From positions 32,001 through 96,000 of IMG/VR virus record IMGVR_UViG_3300027973_002292: 64,000 nt of DNA, one strand, 5' to 3'. The notes beneath the pieces are model-generated. The model searched no databases. It saw only the letters and a program-made list of their open reading frames with translations, and was not told the origin of the DNA. Positions 7,542-16,500 of the stretch are shown in pieces. Within the stretch, counting starts at the first letter, position 1. Each line of letters starts with the position of its first letter. The position numbers were made by a program, and so were the translations under genes. The DNA is from a virus.

Positions 7542-10500
7542 ATGTCTACTACAATTACAGCGGGACTTAGAGTTGATACGTCTGCGGCTTACAAAGATAT
7601 TGATCTTTTTAAGTCAAGAATAAATAAAAGCTTCAGTCAACCACTAGGAAGAATTAGTGGTGACGCAGCAGAGTTTTCTAAATCACTGCAAGCAGCCGCT
7701 GCCCGCGTAACAGCATTCGGGGCTACTACTGGAAGCATTTATTTAGTTACTAAAGCTATCTCAGAAACAGCAAGAGCCACAATAGAAGTAAATAAACAGT
7801 TAACAGAACTAAATACTTTCTTAGGAGAGTCTGAGTCTAGTCTTCAGAACTTTAGCAAAACTTTATTTTCAATCGCTAGAAATACAGGCTCAACTTTTTC
7901 TGACGCTACAGAAGCTGCTAAAGAGTTCGCCAGACAAGGCTTGTCAACTGAAGAGACATTAACCAGAACTAACGATGCGCTTGTCTTATCTAGAATTTCT
8001 GGTTTAAATTATGCTCAATCGGTAAACAGTATAACGACTGCTCTTAACGGTTTTAGTAAAGAAGCTTTAACTAGCACAGATATCATAAATAAGCTAATTG
8101 CTGTTGACACAAGATTTGCAGTTAGCTCTAAAGACCTAAGCGAAGCTCTAACCCGCGTAGGAAGTGCTGCTGAAGAAGCCGGCTTGTCTTCTGATCAATT
8201 GGTTGCTACAATTACTACTGCCCAACAAATCACTGGTCGTGGCGGTGCTGTAATCGGTAACGCTTTAAAAACAATCTTTACAAGAGTAAGAAGACCAGAA
8301 ATATTAGATCAGCTTAAGCAAATCGGAGTAGTCGTTACTGATCAAAATGGATCTCTGCTTAATGCTATTGATATTCTTAAGAACTATACGAATGTAACAA
8401 AAAATCTAAGCCAAGCTGAAAAATCAAGAACAGCAGAGCTTCTTGGCGGTGTTTATCAGATTAACCAATTACAATCAGTCATTAGAGACTTGGGAAGCGC
8501 CAACAGTATTTATGCAAGCTCTCTTAAGATTTCTATAGGAGCTACAGATGAGGCTATTAAGAAAAATTCCGAATTAAATAAAAGCTATGCTGCGCTAATT
8601 AATGACACTGCAAATTTAGCAACGCAAGTTGGGTCGGATATAGGTAAAAGCTTGTTTGGGCCAATTATTTCTGGCGGGGCTGGTGTTACAAAAGCAATAT
8701 TAGAATTTCTTTCTCCAGAGAGCATTGCTCCTCAAATTGGTAAAGCTGGGCAAGAAATTGGAAAAAATTTATCTAGAGAAATTGGTAAGGGAGTTCTAGA
8801 CACGCTTGGTAATGCATTGGTTTTCGTTGGAGCGCCAGTTGCGGCTGTAGTTGCTGGGTCTATAGGTAAAAGGCTGCTTTCGTTTTTAGGCGCATCAGTA
8901 AAAACGCAAATAAAAGGCATCACAGATCCATTAGGGAGAGTCGTTACGGGAGGCTCTTTCAGCGGAGATAAAGAAAGAGAGCAATTAAATTTAATAAATC
9001 AAATTTCAGATGTTGTAAAGAAAAATAATTTTATTGGTGAAGCTACCGTTAAGGGAGTCTATAATGAAGGCAAAGCTAGAAGAGAGGTTTTAAAAGAAAT
9101 TTTAGCACAAAATTCTCTACTAGAAAGACAAGCAAATTTAGCCCAAACAATTTTTAATACAATAAGTAAAATAAAGCCCACTGTTACAACTATAGGGCAA
9201 GTAAATTCTTTTGGATTAAATCAAGTTAACCCAAGGAGAAATGCTAAAGGAAGATTTGTTGCTTCTGGATATATTCCAAATTTTTCAATGGGATTAGCAG
9301 AACAAGAAGAGTCTGCTGCAAAAGGGTTCGGAGCCAAAAATCCTAAGGCTCGATTAATCAGAGCTACAATCAAAGGTAAAACTGGCCCAGTAATGATTAA
9401 CGACGAAGAGGATGTGGTTCCTAATTTCGCTGGCACAGGAGAAACAGCAATCATTCCTAGATACAGAAACGTTAAAGACATCCCCAGAATGGCTAAGGGA
9501 TATGTTCCTAATTTTAGTAACGCATCAGGAAGTTTTGGAACTGTTTCTAAGATTAATGAAAGCCAAGTTAGAAAAGAGTTTTTTTCTGGAGCAGGACAAT
9601 CAGGAGCAGGAGAAATAGCTAATGAATTTTTGGCTTCTAGAAAATTATCTGAGCAGATTCAAGCAAGCAGAGAGCTTGGTTATCAGGGCATGCGTGGAGG
9701 ATATATAGGAAAACTTTTTGAGGCTCCTCATACATATGGCACATTAGAAGACTCTATTAGATCTGGATCTATAGTCAAAGGCTTAGCTCCGGGAAAAACC
9801 GCCAAAGATATCGGAGATAATCTAGATAAATATACAGGAGAGTATAAAAATTATTATGAATTAGTAACAAATTTGGGAAGACTATCTGCTAAACAAATCA
9901 ACTCTGGAAAAGCAATGGAGGCCAGAGATTTAGCTAATTTTGGAAATTTAATGCTTAATAAAAAAGCAGAAGATCTTATTACTAAAATAGTTTCCAGAAA
10001 AGGGAGCGATAGACTTGTAGGGAAAATGAATAGTTCTTGGCAATCTACTAGTAGAGTAGCAGAAGGATTAGCTAGACAAGGAGCAAGAATTAGTATAGTT
10101 GATCCAGGTATTTTTGGAGGCTTAGGCGAAAAGAGAAAAAAAGAATTAGCAAAACTTGGCTATCAAGATAATTATCGTGAAATGACTGGGGCAAATGCTG
10201 CTGGTTATATTCCTAATTTTGCTAAAAAAGATAAATATAAATTCCCAAATATTTCTTCTAATAAGATGGAAGCAAATATTGGCAAAAATTTTGAAAAACT
10301 AACCCCTGAGAATCAAAGATATTTCGCAAGAGCTTACGAAGATTACAACAATTTAATTAAAGTTTTTTCTAAGGCTTCTGGAACTTCTCCAGAAAAGTTT
10401 GCTAATGTAATGTCTGCCCTTTCTCCTGCTAACCCATTAGAGAGAAACGCATTAGACGCTTTAAGATATAACTTGTTCTACCAAAAGAAACTCTCAACAG

Positions 10501-13500
10501 CAGCTTCTCCAATTTTCATAGACGAAAGAGAAATAGGGTCGGTAAAGGCTCAAACATATGGAGCAAACAGAACTAAAGCTGCAAATTTACTTGTTGGTTT
10601 AGAAAAGCTTACAGGAAATAAGAGAAAATCGTTCGTAAACAACATGTTAGATCCATTTCAAAGCACGGATGTTACAGTTGACTACAGAGCTCAAGGCGAC
10701 GCATTGAATAAACAATTTAATGTAAAAAATGCCCCTTCTATGAATAGGGAGCAATATGATAAAGTTTCCCAAGCGTTCAGAAACGTTGGATCTAAAGCAG
10801 GCGTTAGTGGTTTGGGGGTTCAAGCAGCGACTTGGATTGGTGGAAGAATGGGTTCTAAAGCTGCAAGAGGACAAGATTTCAATAGAGGAATTTTAAAATT
10901 TTTCTATGATAATCCAGATAAGATTAGTTTAGAGAATCTTGAGTTTTTGCTTTCTGTTCCAGGAAAAGGAAAGGCTAGAAAGGATTTCTTTAAAAACGCT
11001 TCAGCGATGGGTGTTTCTAAATTGGGATCTGATAGTCTTATTTCAATTCCAAGGGTAGGCGGGTATGTTCCTAATTTTGCAGGGTTTAATTTATCTACTA
11101 TAAGATTCTTGACTAAAGCTAGTGCTAAAATGTCTGGTTCAGTTCTTTCGCCTAAAACGTTAATAAAATTTGCTACTGGAAAAGGAAAAGTGGAGGATCT
11201 TGTAAATCCATTCTTAGATTTCTTAAAAAAACCTGCTGATCTTATTAATAGCCCTCAAGATTTAGAGGATGCAAAATCTGTTATAAATCTTATATTTAAA
11301 AATAATCAAGCTAGAGAAATGGCAGCTAGCAGGCTAGCTCCAATTATTAATGAGTCAAGTTTTAGTGTTAAATCTCAAGAAGAAGCGGTTTCTACAGGAA
11401 TACAATACCCCGACGGCGGAAGAGGCTATAGAGACTATAGAGATTTTTTACGTTATAAATTATTGGGCGGCCAAAAAGAATACGAAGAGTATGTAGGCAA
11501 CGAGTATGGCCCAAAAGCTTTAATTAAAAATAAAGATGGAAGTTATAGATTCAATCCGAAATCTACACAAGGACAATTAGAGTTGTCTGATGTTAGACAA
11601 GCAGCTAAAGTTTTATTTTCTACTCCAGAACAAATTGCTGAATCGAGAGCATTAATGGTTGGCAGGGATGTCCAAAAACAGTATAAAGCAAGAAAATTAG
11701 GACCAGAAGATAATGTTCCTGGACCTAACCCATTTTTAGGCTATACATATAAATTAGGAAGATTTATTGGTAACGTAGGAAAGAAAAGAAAAGCTGTAAA
11801 ATACACAGATAGATGGGATGTAGAATTACACCAAGGAGAAAGAGATGTGATGGAGAATTTTTTAAAAAACACATCTGAAATTTCAGATTTAGAGACAAGA
11901 AAACAAGTCGCCAATTATTATATAGATAGAGACTTAAGCGATAGTAGTTACGCTGGAGATATAAATAGTTTAATAGTGAAAGAATTATTATCTTCTATTC
12001 CTGGAGCAAACCCAATACTTTTAAAAGGCGCAGCTAGAGCTCCAAAAGGAGAGAGCATTTTCGCAAAAGGCTATATTCCTAATTTCTCTGGCTTATCTGA
12101 TTCAATAAGCAGAGAGAAATCTATGACTGGTCTTCCGGTTTCTCAAATCATGGCTCATTTTGATAAGAGCGGAAATCCAATAGCAGTAACAAACAAAAAA
12201 GATGAGCCTAATGGTCTCAAAGATGTAGTCCCAAATTTTGCACCGAGAGTAAAGGTTCCAAAAACTCCAAGAGGTAAAAAAGGAACAACTGCGGCTCAAG
12301 TTTCTGATTTATTTAGTTCTTTTTTTGGTGAGTCAATTGGAATAGGGCTTTTTCAATCTTTATCAAGCACATTAGCTGACAGAGAAGTCTTGTCTGAAGA
12401 TGTTAATACAGCAACGCAAATTGGTGCGCCTGCTCTCCTGGCGATTTTGCAGGGCATGAGAGGCTTAAAAGCTTCTAAAGGTCAAAAGCTGGGAGCAAGA
12501 GCTGCAGCGTTAGGCGTACCAGTAGCTTTAGGGGGAGCGCAAGCAGCCATGGGGTTTTATGCTTCCAGATCTGTTGGCGAAGATCTCCAAAGAAGAAAAC
12601 TTGAAAAAGAATCAGACAAAGCAGCAAAAGAGTTTAAAGACTTAACAGAAGGAACTCAAGAACTTGCAGATACTCTGTCCAAATTAAATGAATCTTTTAA
12701 AGACGCCTCATCGTCTCCAGAGCAATTATTTAATTTAAGTAAAAGAGCCTCTGAGTTAACAAAAAACGTAACTAAAAATAATCCTGCACTAGCAGCGGCA
12801 ATTTCTTCAGAGCCTAATGTAGAAAAGAAAATTAATTTAATAGAAGATGCTCGCAGAAAAGCCTCTCAACAACAAGCGGTAAAACAAGAAATCATACAAT
12901 TCGAAGGGTCTAAAACAAAATCTCCAGAAGATTTAATTAATTTATTTTCTAAAGAAATTTCTTTGGCTAATGATAAATTATTGCAATTAAACAGCAAAGA
13001 TTTAGTGCCTGCAAATTTTGATAAAATTCTTTCTGATGCTGATTTAGTGCCTTTAAAAACTTTCTTTGACCTTCAAAAAGAAGAGATAAAAAACAAATTA
13101 ATCCCATCATTTTTAGAGGCTGTAAAATTAGAAATAGAATACAATAAAATAAGTAAAGAAAGCATTAAACAAATAAAAGTTTTAAAAAGCGAAGAGATCA
13201 AAGCTAGCAAAGAGATAGAGGGAAAAAAAGTAAGAAGACAAGCCGGTTTAGAAGCTTTAAAATCGGGAGCTGAAGAGCTGAAGCCTTTTGCCGGTCAATT
13301 CGGGGCTAGAGCAGCTATTTCATTCGAGTCAGATCTTCAAAAAACAAAAGAGTCTATTTCAGCAATTACATCTTTCAGAACTCAAATAAACACAAAGCTA
13401 ATAGACAAAGACTTAAAACTTCCAACTAATGTTACTGATAAATTGCAAGGAATTCAAACTCCTGGGCAAGACGCTGGGGCTGTATTAGCAGAATTATCTA

Positions 13501-16500
13501 AGACTCCTGGTTTAAATGAAAAACAAATAGAAGCTCTAGAAGAATTAATTACTACTAATGAAACCCAATCTAGAGAGCTTAAAAAGATTTCCGACATTTC
13601 AGAAATAAATAAAAATGCTCAGCTTAGGGTTTTAAGTATTCAAGAAAAGTTAACCTATGGCGGCGGCATAAAAACCAGCATAGACTCTAGATCAAGAATC
13701 GATTCTATCAATGCTCCAATAAAGGGCCTTCTAGAAAGCAGACTAGGAGCAACTCTTGGTTCCGAAAGATCTCAAACTTCTGGAATGGTTAATGTAGTTA
13801 AATCTATTAAAGACTTATATCCTGGTCTTATAGAAAATTCTAAAGCTCTTGGGTCTGTAAGAGATAGGTTAACTAATCTTAGAGCTAATGACTTGAGAAA
13901 AGATCTTTTTAGGAACGCTTCTTTATTAGAATCCGCTGGCGGATATGGAGATATTCCTGGAATGCTAAGGGCTAAAGGGCTTGATTCTGAAGGATTGAAA
14001 ACTTTAGCAGCTACTCAAGCCGAAGCGGAGCTATCTGGAGGGAACTCTCCTCAAGAAACTACTAGATACTTAGCGGATGTAATTAAAGCCGCTACTGCTG
14101 ATTTAAATCTAACAATACAAGAAGGCCAACAAATTAAGGCTTTGCAAGAAAAGACTGCTGCTCCAGTAGCAGAAATAAATAAAGAAACTGAAGTCGCTAG
14201 ACAAAAATTTTTAACTTCGCTTACAGATTCTGTAAAAAAAGCTTTTGGAGAAAAAATAGACGTCCAAACTGTAAACATATCTAATGCTAGTGTCAATATA
14301 ACTCCGTCTTCGACATCTCAATCTGGAGAATCTTCTGGCGCAGCCCAAGCTAGGGCTTCCATGGCCACTATGGCATCTGGAGCGTCTGGTCCCAGAAGCA
14401 AAGGGTTTATTCCTTCTTTCTATAACCCCTTAAGAGAGGCGGTCCAAAGAGAAAGCCAATATGTTCCATTTAGTTCAATAAGAATTAACAAGAGCAATAA
14501 ATTAATAAATCAAAATAACCCACTAGGTTTAGGCGTGACTAATACAATTGATGAGCCAAATGGTTTAGCAAGTATTGGTTTAGCTTCAAAGGGATATGTT
14601 CCTAATTTTGCTTCTAAATCTAAAATTTTAGATAAAGTTCTAACAGATAAAAGTTTGTATGGGCCTAAAATATCTAAACAAGCTCAAGGATTGGCTAAGA
14701 AAGGTGAATTATGGGGTCTTGATTACGCAGCTTCTAATCCAAAGAAGGGAGATTACGTTCTATATAAAATAAAACCAGATGGCTCTTTAGGAGAAAGAGG
14801 TATGCCAAATAAAGGCGATACCGTTTTGAGCCACGTTGCAGCAAGCAAGTTCTTAGGAGGAGTAAAAGATCTCCTTCCTATATCTAAATTAGCTGAACCT
14901 CCAAAGAGTCAAGAAGCTTCGTTGGCTGGCGGAACTATTTTACCAACTTCAAGCATAGATAAGATAATCAGAGATGTTAAAAAGAAAGGCGGATCAGCTA
15001 CAGATCTTCAAAAAGCTGTAGAAACATTTGCTAAACAAAATTTATCTACATCTAATTTCTTAATTAAAACTGGAGTAGGCGATTTGTCAATCCAAAGCAA
15101 AGGAGTTTTCGGAATCAATTCAAAGCCACTAGATTCTTCAGCTTATGGAACAATTTTAAATGATTATGGAAGAGGAAAAGGTAAAAGTTCAGATTTCTTT
15201 ATTCAAGAAAAAGCTCAACTTTCTGATCAACATAATGAGTCAAGAGTACATGTAGCTATTGATGGGAAAGGCAACGTTAAACTTGTAAGGAATGGAACTA
15301 TAGACAAATCAACAGGAGGGAACCTTGCTAAAGGGTCTTATAGAAGAGCTGCGGAAAGAGCCGCTTTGCAAGCTGCCGAAGCATTCGTTAAAGCTAATCC
15401 AAAATTGGCAAAAAATCAATTTTTAGGTTTAGATGTAGGAGCGGTCGCAGCTACAGAAGGTAAGAGACTTGGGTTAACAACAAAACCTTTTAGCGAGTTG
15501 GGCCAAAAATTTAATCCAATTGTTTTTGAAATAAACCCAACAAGCAGAAGAGGAAGTCAAGGCGGATCTGGATTCGTTTCCGCTGAAAACCCTTTTTCAA
15601 AAGCAAGCCCATCTGTTTTTAATTCTATTTTATCAAGACTTGGAGTTAAATCAAATAATAAATTAGTCCAATCTAACGTTTTAGAAGCCTTATCTAAGGG
15701 AGTAATGGGAAATGATACATTATTAGGATCTGTAAAAAATAAAATTGCAGATACAAATATTCCATTTCCAAGCTCATTTTTTGGAAAAGTCAAAGGAGCT
15801 TTTTCAAGCAGTTCTTCTAAAGTTAAGTCTTTGTTCCAGAATGCTGGAGCTAAAATTTCAAATCTTGGCAATTCAGTTTTTGGTTCAGTTGGCTCTAAGT
15901 TTTCTGGTGTAACCGACAAAATTGGAGCTGGGTTATCTGGTCTCACTGGAAGAGTTAAAGGAGGCTTAGGGGGCATGGCGGCTGGGTTATCTGGTCTCAC
16001 TGGAAGAGTTAAAGGAGGCTTAGGGGGCATGGCGGCTGGGTTATCTGGTTCCTCTGGAAGAGTTAAAGGAGGTCTTTCTGGAGTTTTGACTGGATTAGGA
16101 TTTTTGGGCAATGTGCAGCAAATAGGGGAAAATAGGGAAGCTGATAGAAATTTAGAGGAGTATCTTTCAAAAGCAGCTGCTACATCCATTATACCCGCTG
16201 CGGCACTTGGTCTTACAGACTTTCTTGCGGGGGGGAAACTTTCGGCTAAGCATGAGGTTATTAAGGGTAAGATAGGTAAGGTAGCATCGAAAGGTTTACA
16301 AGCCGCTTCAGCTTTTAGCACCGCTGCCGAATCAGCAACAGAGTTTAGAGAAGGAAATTTCGGATTAGGGGCAGTAAAAGGAGCCGAAGCGGCAGCTTAT
16401 GCTGCTTCGCTGTTCGAAGGGGTAGGCAAAACGTTACCTAAGGGAAAAGGCCTTTTAGGCTCGCTTGGTAATGTTACTCCAAAAGCTTTATCTCAAGTAG

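Noticed and set aside
15557-16321. 254-aa antisense ORF with Pro-rich repeats
   Set aside because: It is a shadow of the Gly/Ala/Ser-rich TMP region and its 54-bp repeat, with no independent signals.
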